Below are positions 8,379-17,279 of a stretch of DNA of 33,252 bases, piece by piece. Under the pieces are notes generated by a model that saw nothing but the letters and a program-made list of their open reading frames with translations, did not search any database and was not told the DNA's origin. Location: IMG/VR virus record IMGVR_UViG_3300025015_000089, positions 1-33,252 of that record, one strand, 5' to 3'. The stretch comes from a virus (lineage: Duplodnaviria > Caudoviricetes). How positions within the stretch are numbered: the stretch's first letter is position 1; each line of letters starts with the position of its first letter. Made by a program: the position numbers and the translations under genes.

Positions 8379-9292
8379 ATGTTTATATGCTATTTAACAA
8401 TTTATCATGGTGATCTGTTACCTCCATTTTATATAGGATCAACATCTTTAATTAACATAAAAAATGGATATAAAGGTTCAGTTGTATCTAAGAAATATAG
8501 TAAAATTTTTAAACAAGAAATTAAAAATAATAAAGATTTATTTGAGGTACTAATAATTTCAAAACATAAAACTCGTAAAGAAGCAATGATTGCCGAACTA
8601 GAAATTCAAAAGAAATTAAATGCAGTTAAATCAGAACCGTTTTTTAATGAGTCTTACGCAAGCATTGACAGAATGTTTGGAAGAAATGTAAAAGGTAAAA
8701 ACAATCCTATGTATGGCAAAAAGCACTCAGAAGAAACTAAAAAGAAAATAGCCATTAAAGCTACAGGTAGAAAAGTTTCTGAGGAAACTAAACAAAAACA
8801 TAGAGATGTAATAGTTAGTGAAGAAACTAGAAGAAAAATGGCTAACACACGTAGAGGTAAAAAGTTAACAGAAGAACAAAAGCATAAAATGTCTATTGCG
8901 CGTAAAGGTAAAAAACTTACAGAAGAACATAAGAAGAATATATCTGATGCACATCTAGGTAAAAAGTTTACAGAAGAACATAAAAAGAATATATCTAGAG
9001 GAGCCAAAAAAAGAAAACCTGTTTCAGAAGAAACTAGAAAAAAAATATCCATTGCAAAGAAAGGTAAAAAAGAAAAAAGTTTTCTATCAAGTGGAGAATG
9101 AACATAAGTAAAGCTAATAAAGGTAGAATTATGTCAGAGGAAGCAAAAGATAAGCTAAGTAAGGCTAAAACTGGGATGAAATATAAAATATTAACATGTC
9201 CACACTGTGGTAGAAGTGGCAGTGGTAATTTTAGAGGATATCATTTTAACAATTGTAAACAATATAATGAGAGTAATAGTGGAAAAAATTAA
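8379..9292 (+). mobile_element. Seg-like GIY-YIG/NUMOD3 homing endonuclease inserted in the ligase; frameshift near 9070
   Basis: CYLT...FYIGS...YKGS; many NUMOD3 repeats; ORF 9098-9292 continues the repeats and ends in CPHCG...HFNNC. Confidence 0.85.
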
Positions 9293-10109
9293 AAGCAAAA
9301 ATATTAAACAGATTTTAATTAATGATAATAACGTTGAGATATTAATTAGTGATGGAATTCCCCGTTACGAATCTAATGGTATAATTGCTTCCTTAATTGA
9401 TATTACTAAAAAACAGGACGATAGAGGTTCAGATAACACTCAAAAGAAAATTGATACCTTTGAAAATAAACATAAAATGGGTTATCAAGAAGCATTAGAT
9501 AAAATCAGATATACATGCTGGGATGTTATTTCAGTCGACGAGTATTATAATAACAAAAGTGATGTTGTATATTTAAATAGATTTGATAATTTAACATATC
9601 TTATATCAGATCTCAAACTGGTTTCTCTAATTGAAGGTAAAATTGTAAAAACATATGAAGAAGCAATAGAACACTTTCAGGAATTATTAAATAAAGGTGA
9701 AGAAGGTACCATATTAAAATCACTTAAAGGAACCTGGAAAGATGGTAAACCTAAATGGCAAATAAAGATGAAATTAGAAATGGACATCGATCTTAAAATC
9801 GTTGGTTTCAACTATGGTACTGGTAAAAATTTAAAACTTATTTCATCATTAGCATGCGAAACATCTGATGGACAACTTAAAACACGTCCAACTGGTATTA
9901 CTGAAAGTGATATGGAATATATTACAAATAACCAGAAGAAACTTTTAGGAACTGTTGTGGAAGTTAAGTGTAGTGGACTATCAAAGGATTCATTTGGTAA
10001 TTATTCTCTACTTCATCCAGTATTTAAGATGTTGAGAGATGATAAAAAGATTGCTAATTCTTTAACTGAGGTTAAAGAAATAGAAAAAATGATCAAAGGA
10101 TTAAAATAA
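9267..10109 (+). CDS. ATP-dependent DNA ligase, C-terminal fragment
   Basis: YTCWD (IIIa), EGTILK (IV), KMK (V), OB fold, SLLHPVF..LRDDK (VI); 28-aa N-terminal extension; start could be 9207. Confidence 0.9.
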   Translation: MRVIVEKIKSKNIKQILINDNNVEILISDGIPRYESNGIIASLIDITKKQDDRGSDNTQKKIDTFENKHKMGYQEALDKIRYTCWDVISVDEYYNNKSDVVYLNRFDNLTYLISDLKLVSLIEGKIVKTYEEAIEHFQELLNKGEEGTILKSLKGTWKDGKPKWQIKMKLEMDIDLKIVGFNYGTGKNLKLISSLACETSDGQLKTRPTGITESDMEYITNNQKKLLGTVVEVKCSGLSKDSFGNYSLLHPVFKMLRDDKKIANSLTEVKEIEKMIKGLK

Positions 10110-10110
10110 A

Positions 10111-10398
10111 ATGGTAAAAATGAAAAAAATACCTAAAATACAATTAATACCAATAGATTTAAATAAAGCTGATATTCGTAAAGAAGGTAATAATCATCCA
10201 GATATTAGAGAAAATATTTTATATTTAGCTAAAATAAGTGGTAAATGGTATTTAGATAGCTTTAGTCTTGAATGGTATGGTTGGAATTTTAATGGAGTAT
10301 ATGATGCCGGATATCAATTAACTTATGGACATAATCCTTATGAGGATGGTTGGCAAGAATTATATGAAATTTTAATAAATGGTAAAAATTTAAAATAA
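10111..10398 (+). CDS. Hypothetical protein
   Basis: 95-aa ORF abutting the ligase stop. Confidence 0.6.
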   Translation: MVKMKKIPKIQLIPIDLNKADIRKEGNNHPDIRENILYLAKISGKWYLDSFSLEWYGWNFNGVYDAGYQLTYGHNPYEDGWQELYEILINGKNLK

Positions 10399-10403
10399 AA
10401 TAT

Positions 10404-10587
10404 ATGTTAGAAATAAAGGGAAAATATAATACTGCACTTTTAATGACTGATTACCCAAAAGAAAGCTAAAGAATTTGATCTATGGATTGATAAGCATGGG
10501 TTAGAAGAGGCAAAGAGAAAAGAAGAAATCAGAATAGAAAAATGTAATGAAACTAAATTAATAAACAAATTAAAGAAAGAAGGGTAA
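10404..10587 (+). pseudogene. rtcB: RtcB-like N-terminal stub joined to an endonuclease C-terminal fragment
   Basis: MLEIKGKYNTALLMTD resembles RtcB N-termini; other frame reads WIDKHGLEEAKRK. Confidence 0.55.
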
Positions 10588-10591
10588 TAAA

Positions 10592-11116
10592 ATTTCATAT
10601 TTCTGTGTCGATGTGGAGAGTGATGGACCAATTTCAGGTAAATATTCAATGGTGTGTTTTGCAGCAGTAAAAGTTGTTACTAATATTGTTGACACATTTT
10701 TTGGAAAAACAAAACCTATTTCTAAAATTTGGTTACCTGAGTCATTAGCTATAAGTGGTGTTACAAGAGAAGAACATGAAAAATATCCTGAGGTAGTAGA
10801 TACTATGGATGAATTTTATAAGTGGATCCAGAAGACTTCCATCGGTCGACCTATTTTTATTTCAGATAATAATGGATATGATTTTGCATGGATAAATTAT
10901 TATTTTTATATGTACGCACCCCAAGGAAATAATCCGTTCGGTTGGTCCAGTAGAAGAATAGGAGATTTATACTGTGGCTTGGTAAAAGATAGTAGAGCTA
11001 GTTGGAACCATTTAAGAAAAACTAAACATGATCACAACCCATTGCACGACGCGATCGGCAATGCAGAAGCTTTATTAGCTATGAAAGAAATGGGATTAAA
11101 AATAGATTTTAAATAA
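10592..11116 (+). CDS. DEDDh 3'-5' exonuclease (Rv2179c/RNase AS-like)
   Basis: VDVESDGP, SDNNGYD and HNPLHDA motifs; first catalytic Asp lies upstream of the tracked GTG, so the start is placed at ATT 10592. Confidence 0.85.
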   Translation: MSYFCVDVESDGPISGKYSMVCFAAVKVVTNIVDTFFGKTKPISKIWLPESLAISGVTREEHEKYPEVVDTMDEFYKWIQKTSIGRPIFISDNNGYDFAWINYYFYMYAPQGNNPFGWSSRRIGDLYCGLVKDSRASWNHLRKTKHDHNPLHDAIGNAEALLAMKEMGLKIDFK

Positions 11117-11131
11117 TTAGGAGAATATAAT

Positions 11132-11350
11132 ATGAGTCTTATAATATTAACAGATGATGAAGTTAAAGTCATTACTAAAGAAATGAATGACTGGTGGAAT
11201 AACCTTTCTTGGGGTAATAAAAGTAACATCCATCGTACATTTAGTAGTTTAATTAAACAGGCGCAATGTGAACATAAGAATACTCACATAGGAAAAGATA
11301 AATCTGTATATTGTTTAGATTGTTCATATATCCTAGGTGAAATAAAATAG
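11132..11350 (+). CDS. Small zinc-finger hypothetical protein
   Basis: AGGAG RBS; CEH...CLDC. Confidence 0.65.
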   Translation: MSLIILTDDEVKVITKEMNDWWNNLSWGNKSNIHRTFSSLIKQAQCEHKNTHIGKDKSVYCLDCSYILGEIK

Positions 11351-11381
11351 TAAAAAAGAAATTATTTCTATATATATTATT

Positions 11382-11442
11382 ATAGCGGATAGTCCTCGCT
11401 ATGTCTGAGGCTTCTTTGAAGATCAGAATACATTGTGGACTA
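11382..11442 (+). promoter_or_regulatory. Structured 5' leader of hsp20
   Basis: GC-richer segment with ATAGCG/CGCTAT, TAGTCC/GGACTA and TCTGA/TCAGA pairings. Confidence 0.45.
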
Positions 11443-11471
11443 CAAATCACAATAAATAAAGGAGAAAAGCT

Positions 11472-11993
11472 ATGAACAGCTTAATTAGAACAAACCCCAG
11501 TATTCCATCCAACTTTATCTCAAATTTTCTAGATGATGATTTCTTTATGCCTATGTCAAAGGTAATAGATGAATTTTTTAGAAAAGATGCAACATTTAGG
11601 GATATATTTGAACCCGAAATCTTCACAAAATCTAGTTATCCAAAAGCAGATGTACTAGAAACTAAAAATGAGATAACAATTATCTGTGAAATCCCAGGCC
11701 TTAAAAAAGATGATATAGAGATAAGCCTAAAGGAAAAAACAGATGTTGAAGGTTACTCAATCGTTGAGGTATCTGGAAACAAGCAACAGATAAAAGAAAA
11801 GGAAGATACAAGATACTTATATAGAGAATTAAAACATTCTCAGTTTTGTAGACCATTTTATATCAAGACAGATATTTCTGATTTTGAAACCACGTCTATA
11901 ACATTTGAGGATTCTATTCTTAAGATTGTTATTCCTAAAAAACCAGAACAACCTAAGATTGAATCTAATACAACAAAGTTACGAATAAAATAA
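11472..11993 (+). CDS. Hsp20/alpha-crystallin small heat-shock protein
   Basis: YPKADV, EIPGLKKDDI, YRE...F.R.F and ILKIVIPK motifs. Confidence 0.92.
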   Translation: MNSLIRTNPSIPSNFISNFLDDDFFMPMSKVIDEFFRKDATFRDIFEPEIFTKSSYPKADVLETKNEITIICEIPGLKKDDIEISLKEKTDVEGYSIVEVSGNKQQIKEKEDTRYLYRELKHSQFCRPFYIKTDISDFETTSITFEDSILKIVIPKKPEQPKIESNTTKLRIK

Positions 11994-12209
11994 TTGAATC
12001 AAATAAATAAAATCTCTATTGGAGATAAAAGTTATAGTATTCAAAGGGTTATAGTAAATGATGATAAATTTAGCCCTCCAAATAAGGGCTATTCTTATTT
12101 TTGTAAGGTATGGGGATATGATATTACAATAAAAGATAATCAAAATAATATACTTTTTTGTAATGAAATCACAGATGCTACTATAATCCCAGATGAGAAT
12201 TCAGAATAA
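11994..12209 (+). CDS. Hypothetical protein
   Basis: TTG start abutting the hsp20 stop; LFCNEITDA. Confidence 0.55.
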   Translation: MNQINKISIGDKSYSIQRVIVNDDKFSPPNKGYSYFCKVWGYDITIKDNQNNILFCNEITDATIIPDENSE

Positions 12210-12263
12210 AAGGAAATCTGTCTATATTTATTTAAAATTACTTATAACAAAAAGGAGAAAATC

Positions 12264-12617
12264 ATGCTTAAAATTATATTTTCATTGATAGCATTAGGTT
12301 TAGGAGCTGTTTTCGGTTTATTCTTTCGTGGTTCAGGATTAGAAATTGCAGTGGTTACTATTGCATCTTCAATCGCAGGAGCCTATGGAGTAACTAATTG
12401 GAGAAAAACCTATGATCTGGCAAAAGAATGGTTTAAATCAAAAACAATCATTGGTGCATTATCAGTAGCAGTACCAATATTAGCACTCGTTGTCATCCCA
12501 TTATTTGGAGTGGTATTACCTGATTATGTTGTATATCTTTTAACTGCTTTAATTATAGGGGGCGGTGGTGCAACACTTTGGGGTATATTTGGTCTTCTTA
12601 AAACAGACCCTAAATAA
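12264..12617 (+). CDS. Four-TM membrane protein, possibly holin-like
   Basis: AGGAG RBS; four hydrophobic helices; WFKSKT motif. Confidence 0.65.
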   Translation: MLKIIFSLIALGLGAVFGLFFRGSGLEIAVVTIASSIAGAYGVTNWRKTYDLAKEWFKSKTIIGALSVAVPILALVVIPLFGVVLPDYVVYLLTALIIGGGGATLWGIFGLLKTDPK

Positions 12618-12741
12618 TTTCTCACACATTGACAGAATAAACAAGTGCAGGAAATCTGTACCTAAATTTAAAATTGTATTCGGAGAAATGCTTCCAATAT
12701 ATATTAATGAAACAACACAAACAATAATCTCGGAGGTTATA

Positions 12742-12975
12742 ATGTCCTACACAGAAACAATTTTAAATTTTTTAACTAAAAGTGAAAAGAAAACTGGGAA
12801 ACCAGCAGTATTTGATCGTACAGTTGCTGAGAAGAAATATCCTTGGTTGTTTCCTGAAGAAATCCATGGAAACGTAATGAGAACAGCACGTAAATTAGTT
12901 GGAGAAAAAATTCTTACTAGAGTTAACAGAGGAGAATTTAAATTATCTTCAAAAGGTAGAAAATTAGCCTTTTAA
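12742..12975 (+). CDS. Small winged-helix-like basic protein
   Basis: GGAGG RBS before ATG 12742; LVGEKILTRVNRGEFKLSSKG wing-like C-terminus. Confidence 0.65.
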   Translation: MSYTETILNFLTKSEKKTGKPAVFDRTVAEKKYPWLFPEEIHGNVMRTARKLVGEKILTRVNRGEFKLSSKGRKLAF

Positions 12976-13002
12976 TATTATAGAGATAAGTTAAGTTAAT
13001 AT

Positions 13003-13033
13003 AAAATGGGTTATTCTGTAGCCCATTTTTGTT
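13003..13033 (+). terminator. Intrinsic terminator
   Basis: AAAATGGGTTA-TTCTG-TAGCCCATTTT hairpin followed by a T-rich tail. Confidence 0.75.
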
Positions 13034-13284
13034 ATAAAATCCTAGTTAAATTATTTGGCTGTTCATTACTAATGAATATATCTGTTCAATGCAAGTGAAC
13101 AATTGAATAAAACGGTTAACGAAAGAAATTTAGTTTATATTTATTATTAATGGTATATATTCAATATACTGATTTTTACCATTTGGTAGCGGGCGTAGGC
13201 ATTTCTAAAAGTTCAAAAATAATTGGTAATATTTTGATTACTTCTTCAACTTTCCTATATATTATTAGTAAACGAGACTAAATT

Positions 13285-13458
13285 ATGATGAAATCTAGAC
13301 CTGTTAAGATAAACGAATCCGTGTATATTGAGGTAAGAAATTACTGTGACATAAATGCATTAAAAATTTCTCGTTGGATTAGTAAAGTATTATTGGAGAA
13401 ATTAAATGAACGAAAAAACGTGGACGAGAGAATGTCCAAATCCAAAAAACAATCCTAA
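13285..13458 (+). CDS. Small ribbon-helix-helix-like protein (57 aa, absent from ORF track)
   Basis: MMKSRPVKINESVYIEVRNYCDINALKISRWISKVLLEK; paralogue of 271-438. Confidence 0.7.
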   Translation: MMKSRPVKINESVYIEVRNYCDINALKISRWISKVLLEKLNERKNVDERMSKSKKQS

Positions 13459-14104
13459 ATGTAAAAAGTTTTTTAGGTATGGGTCTTGTTGTATAAGTTG
13501 CCGCAGTTATGGTATACCATTATCAGAAGAAACAAAGAGAAACATATCTAAATCTCTTAAAGGTAAGAAAAAATCTGCAGAAACTAGGTTAAAAATATCT
13601 AGGGCTAAACAAAATTTATCTGAAGAAACCAAAAGAAAAATGTCTAAGGCTAAAAAAGGTAAACACCATTCTGAGGAAACCAATAAAAAAATATCTGAGG
13701 CACATAAAGATAAACATCATTCTGAGGAAACAAAAAGAAAAATGAGATTAGCTGCTATTAAACGAATAGAAGAAAACAAATTAAACGGTAACCAACTGTG
13801 TCCTGCTTATAATTCAGTTGCCTGTGAAATTATTAATTAGATTAATATGTATTATGGCTATAATTTTCAACATACAGAAAATGGTGGAGAATTTCGTATA
13901 CTAGAACTAGGTTACTGGGTAGACGGTTATGATAAGATTCGAAACGTGGTAATAGAATATTATGAGAAATTACATTATGATCGTGGCAATCTAAAACAAA
14001 AAGAATTAAAAAGAGAACAAGAAATTATCAAAAAATTAAAATGTTCGCTTATCAGAATAAATGCATATAATACAAATAATTTAACTATAGAAACGGTAGG
14101 ATAA
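13406..14104 (+). pseudogene. NUMOD3 endonuclease with one in-frame TAG at 13838
   Basis: ORFs 13406-13840 and 13847-14104 are in frame and align across the stop with the intact paralogue at 17280. Confidence 0.8.
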
Positions 14105-14106
14105 TT

Positions 14107-15120
14107 ACGGTTATTTCACAGACCCCTTTACGTGTGAGTATCACAGGTGGAAGTTGTGATTTTCCACAATATTACAGGTATCATGGGCCAGCATTAATAA
14201 TTTCAACGGCAATTAATAGGTACATATATGTGATTGTAAAGGAGAGATTCAACTCCGAGGTGGGTGCTTATTATGAGAAATCAGAAATAGTTGAAAGCGC
14301 ATCTAAATTAAATCATGAATTAATTCGAGAGACTGCAGATTTAGTAGGTTTAACTCATGGGTTTGATGTTTCAATTATGACTGATATTCCTACAAGTGGA
14401 AGTGGATTAGGTTCTAGTTCAGCTTTAACAGTTGGATTGTTACATGCGTTTTCGGTTTATAGTGGTAGAAATGTAAGTAATCAATGGCTAGCAGAAAATG
14501 CTTGCAAAATTGAAATAGATTTATTAAAGAAACCAATAGGTAAACAAGATCAATATATAGCAGCTTATGGTGGATTCAGAGCATTTTCGTTTTTAAAAGT
14601 AGAACATGATTATGATATTGATGAGGTGGTACCGCTAAAAATAAACCTATCAAATAATTTGAAAAGAGAATTAGAATCTAATCTAATGTTATATTTTACC
14701 AATAATACTAGAAATGCTTCTGATATTTTAACAGAACAAAAAAATAATATTAAAGATAAATTGCTTGAGTTAGATAAAATAAATGATATATCTAGAAATC
14801 TATATAAAGAATTAGTAATACATTGTACCATAGATAATGTTGGTGATGCATTGTTAAATAGTTGGAATGTTAAAAAACAATTAGCATCAAATATAAATAA
14901 TTCAGAAATAGAAACTATTTTAGGAAAAGCAATGAATGCTGGAGCAACAGGTGGTAAAGTGAGCGGTGCAGGTGGAGGTGGATTTGTTTTGGTTTTTTGT
15001 AAACCAGAAAGTCAGTCAGCAGTAAGAAAGACACTTAGCGATTATTATGAGTTTCCATTTAGATTTGAAGAACATGGATCGAAAATAATTTTAAATTTAC
15101 CAATTCAAACTATAAAATAA
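14107..15120 (+). CDS. hddA: GHMP kinase, D-glycero-D-manno-heptose-7-phosphate kinase-like
   Basis: VISQTPLRVSITGG, GSGLGSSS, GKQDQY and GAGGGG motifs; conserved N-terminus begins upstream of the tracked GTG. Confidence 0.85.
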   Translation, partial: TVISQTPLRVSITGGSCDFPQYYRYHGPALIISTAINRYIYVIVKERFNSEVGAYYEKSEIVESASKLNHELIRETADLVGLTHGFDVSIMTDIPTSGSGLGSSSALTVGLLHAFSVYSGRNVSNQWLAENACKIEIDLLKKPIGKQDQYIAAYGGFRAFSFLKVEHDYDIDEVVPLKINLSNNLKRELESNLMLYFTNNTRNASDILTEQKNNIKDKLLELDKINDISRNLYKELVIHCTIDNVGDALLNSWNVKKQLASNINNSEIETILGKAMNAGATGGKVSGAGGGGFVLVFCKPESQSAVRKTLSDYYEFPFRFEEHGSKIILNLPIQTIK

Positions 15121-15339
15121 CAAATATAGAAGGAAGAACATAATTGATAAAAATTATATTTTGGATATTAATATTTATAAATCTAGTAACTATTATTTTA
15201 TCTATAGTTAGTCCCACATTTAGAACAATTGTTTATTATATGTTTAAGAAATTGGGGATAAAATGATAGAATTTGGTTTGACAGTAATAGTGTTACAGTT
15301 ATTAGTTATAATACTTATTCTTCGGAGAATAGAGGACAA

Positions 15340-15705
15340 ATGAACTGGAAATTAATAAAAGATAAGTATCCAAAGGCATATTCCTTTTTAACAAAGAATG
15401 GTAGTTATTCTATTCATAGTAATGGATTGTTTGAGTGGGTTGAAGAATATTCTTATCTTTATCCATTAAGAGACCTCTACGATTTCTTTGATGAAAATGG
15501 TATAATAATTGGAATAGAATTTTCACCAGGTAATAAAGTTCTACCTTCTGATATTATAATATTCTATTATGATTTTTGGATAGATGGTATACCTGCATTT
15601 GAAAGTAAAGGTTATTTCAATGCTCGGATCGAAGCAGAAGAAGCAGCATTTTTAAAAGGATTTGAGGTCTTAGAAAATAAGTTGGAGAAAAATGAAAAAA
15701 TTTAG
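15340..15705 (+). CDS. Conserved phage hypothetical protein
   Basis: RDLYDFFDENGI and R.EAEEAAFLKGFEVLE pattern. Confidence 0.7.
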   Translation: MNWKLIKDKYPKAYSFLTKNGSYSIHSNGLFEWVEEYSYLYPLRDLYDFFDENGIIIGIEFSPGNKVLPSDIIIFYYDFWIDGIPAFESKGYFNARIEAEEAAFLKGFEVLENKLEKNEKI

Positions 15706-15837
15706 AGTTTGGTGAAAAGATTTTAGTGAATGGGAAAAAATTATATTTTATTAGGCCAAAATGGAAATATATTCCTTTTGGGTAAAAATAAATTATTGGT
15801 ACCACTTAAACCAAAACATAATTATAGTTTTAGAATT
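15692..15837 (+). pseudogene. Degraded YopX-like N-terminal fragment
   Basis: GGAG RBS; MKKFRVW*KDFSEWEK, then a frameshift into NYILLGQNG. Confidence 0.45.
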
Positions 15838-16464
15838 ATGGAAGACGAAACAAAACCTAATGAATTACATTTCAGTAGTTACCAAACTAAACTGAGAGAA
15901 GTATTTAACTCTTTGATTGTAAGTAATATTGATAACTTGGTAGAGGTCATCTGGGATGCTTATATTATGAATAAGAACATATTTATATGTGGTAATGGTG
16001 GGTCTTCTTCGAACGCAAGTCATTTTGCACAAGATTTAATTAAAGGTACCACTCCAACATATCATGGTTTAAGAGATTATGATAATAAATCCATTAGAGC
16101 AATATCCTTGTGTGATAATATTTCATTCATTACGGCAACTTCAAACGATGATGGGTATGAATATATATTTGTTAACCAGTTAAAGGTGTTCGCAAACCCA
16201 TTTGAAGATGTTCTTATTGCAATATCAGGAAGTGGTAACTCCTCTAATATATTAAAAGCAGTTCAGTGGGCAACACAGAGTAGAATTAAAGTAATAGGTA
16301 TTACTGGATTCGATGGTGGTGAATTAAAGAAGAAAGCTGAATTTAATGTACATGTTCCATTAGATGATATGTGTATGACAGAAGCAATTCATTCTATTAT
16401 ATTCCATTATGTGGTAGAAAAAATAAAAGAAAAACGAATTAAACAATCACTCATGAGTGAATAA
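15838..16464 (+). CDS. gmhA: Sedoheptulose-7-phosphate isomerase (SIS domain)
   Basis: ICGNGGS, TATSND, ISGSGNS and GITGFDGG motifs; start uncertain (15730 or 15838). Confidence 0.9.
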   Translation: MEDETKPNELHFSSYQTKLREVFNSLIVSNIDNLVEVIWDAYIMNKNIFICGNGGSSSNASHFAQDLIKGTTPTYHGLRDYDNKSIRAISLCDNISFITATSNDDGYEYIFVNQLKVFANPFEDVLIAISGSGNSSNILKAVQWATQSRIKVIGITGFDGGELKKKAEFNVHVPLDDMCMTEAIHSIIFHYVVEKIKEKRIKQSLMSE

Positions 16465-16466
16465 AG

Positions 16467-17261
16467 ATGGATTTGAATCGGATACTTTTTCTTTTAAAGG
16501 ATAAATATCCTAGGTATGATATTTTGTTTAGGAAAACTAAACAAGATCTTATAGGGTTATTTGTAGAGGAAAAGAAGTTATTTGAATTCAATCCAGAATT
16601 AATAACAGGTGACTTATCTTTCTTAGAATCAAATCCTGATTATGAGAAAATAATATTTAAAGTATTTGATGATAAAGTTATTCCATTTGATAAAGTTAGA
16701 TCACGTGGAATAAGAAGAGGTTTAGGTTCAAAAGGACTATCCCTACAACAAGTTCAAGATGCTGTACATAATACTAAATCAAATGATGCAGCAGCAAGGT
16801 GGGCAAGGGTTGGCTATAGAACATGGAAAAAATATTCATCTAGATATTTTCATGAAGATGGTAGATCATATTTTGAAGAGCATTTAAATATAAGAGGTTT
16901 AGGAGTCAGTAGACCAAAGGGATTCATACAGTTGGGTCCTGAAAAAGTATTTAGTTCTAGTGCATTAAAGTTTCCTGAATGGAAATTTAGAAGACGTTTA
17001 ATAAAATATGGGTATATGATTGAAAAATGTTATTTATGTGGATTATCAGAGCATAGGTTTGGAGATGAAAGAATGCCATTATTATTAGATTATTTAGATG
17101 GTAATAAACAAAATCGAGTACCTGAAAATTTAAGATTGTTATGTTATAATTGCTATTTCTATAATGTTGGTGATTTATTCTGGAAAACACCAAATAGTCC
17201 ATCTAGTAAAAAATTAGAGAAACAGCTTAAGCAGCTAAATTGTATTGGAATATCCAAATAA
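16467..17261 (+). CDS. HNH-fold zinc-finger protein with a degenerate active site
   Basis: CYLCG...LLLDYLDGNKQN...ENLRLLCYNC; Tyr at the usual catalytic His position. Confidence 0.75.
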   Translation: MDLNRILFLLKDKYPRYDILFRKTKQDLIGLFVEEKKLFEFNPELITGDLSFLESNPDYEKIIFKVFDDKVIPFDKVRSRGIRRGLGSKGLSLQQVQDAVHNTKSNDAAARWARVGYRTWKKYSSRYFHEDGRSYFEEHLNIRGLGVSRPKGFIQLGPEKVFSSSALKFPEWKFRRRLIKYGYMIEKCYLCGLSEHRFGDERMPLLLDYLDGNKQNRVPENLRLLCYNCYFYNVGDLFWKTPNSPSSKKLEKQLKQLNCIGISK

Positions 17262-17279
17262 AATCTAAAGGGAAAATAT

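Noticed and set aside
8208-9349. Group I intron in the ligase
   Set aside because: A U/G boundary pair giving ITIDGIP can be drawn, but no P3-P7 core is recognisable and almost all inserted sequence is coding; RT-PCR would settle it
8212-9353. Canonical split intein or ribosomal bypass
   Set aside because: No C-terminal His-Asn followed by Cys/Ser/Thr and the tails are too short for a Hint domain; the matching GAT codons are over 1.1 kb apart with no stop after the take-off codon
11388-11442. HDV-like (theta) ribozyme suggested by TCCTCGCT
   Set aside because: No upstream strand able to form P1 with the required topology
13838-13840. Genome-wide TAG recoding (genetic code 15)
   Set aside because: Only one in-frame TAG seen; many genes end normally at TAG (e.g. 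5894, 11350, 27376); the tRNA-Gln anticodon is CUG, not CUA
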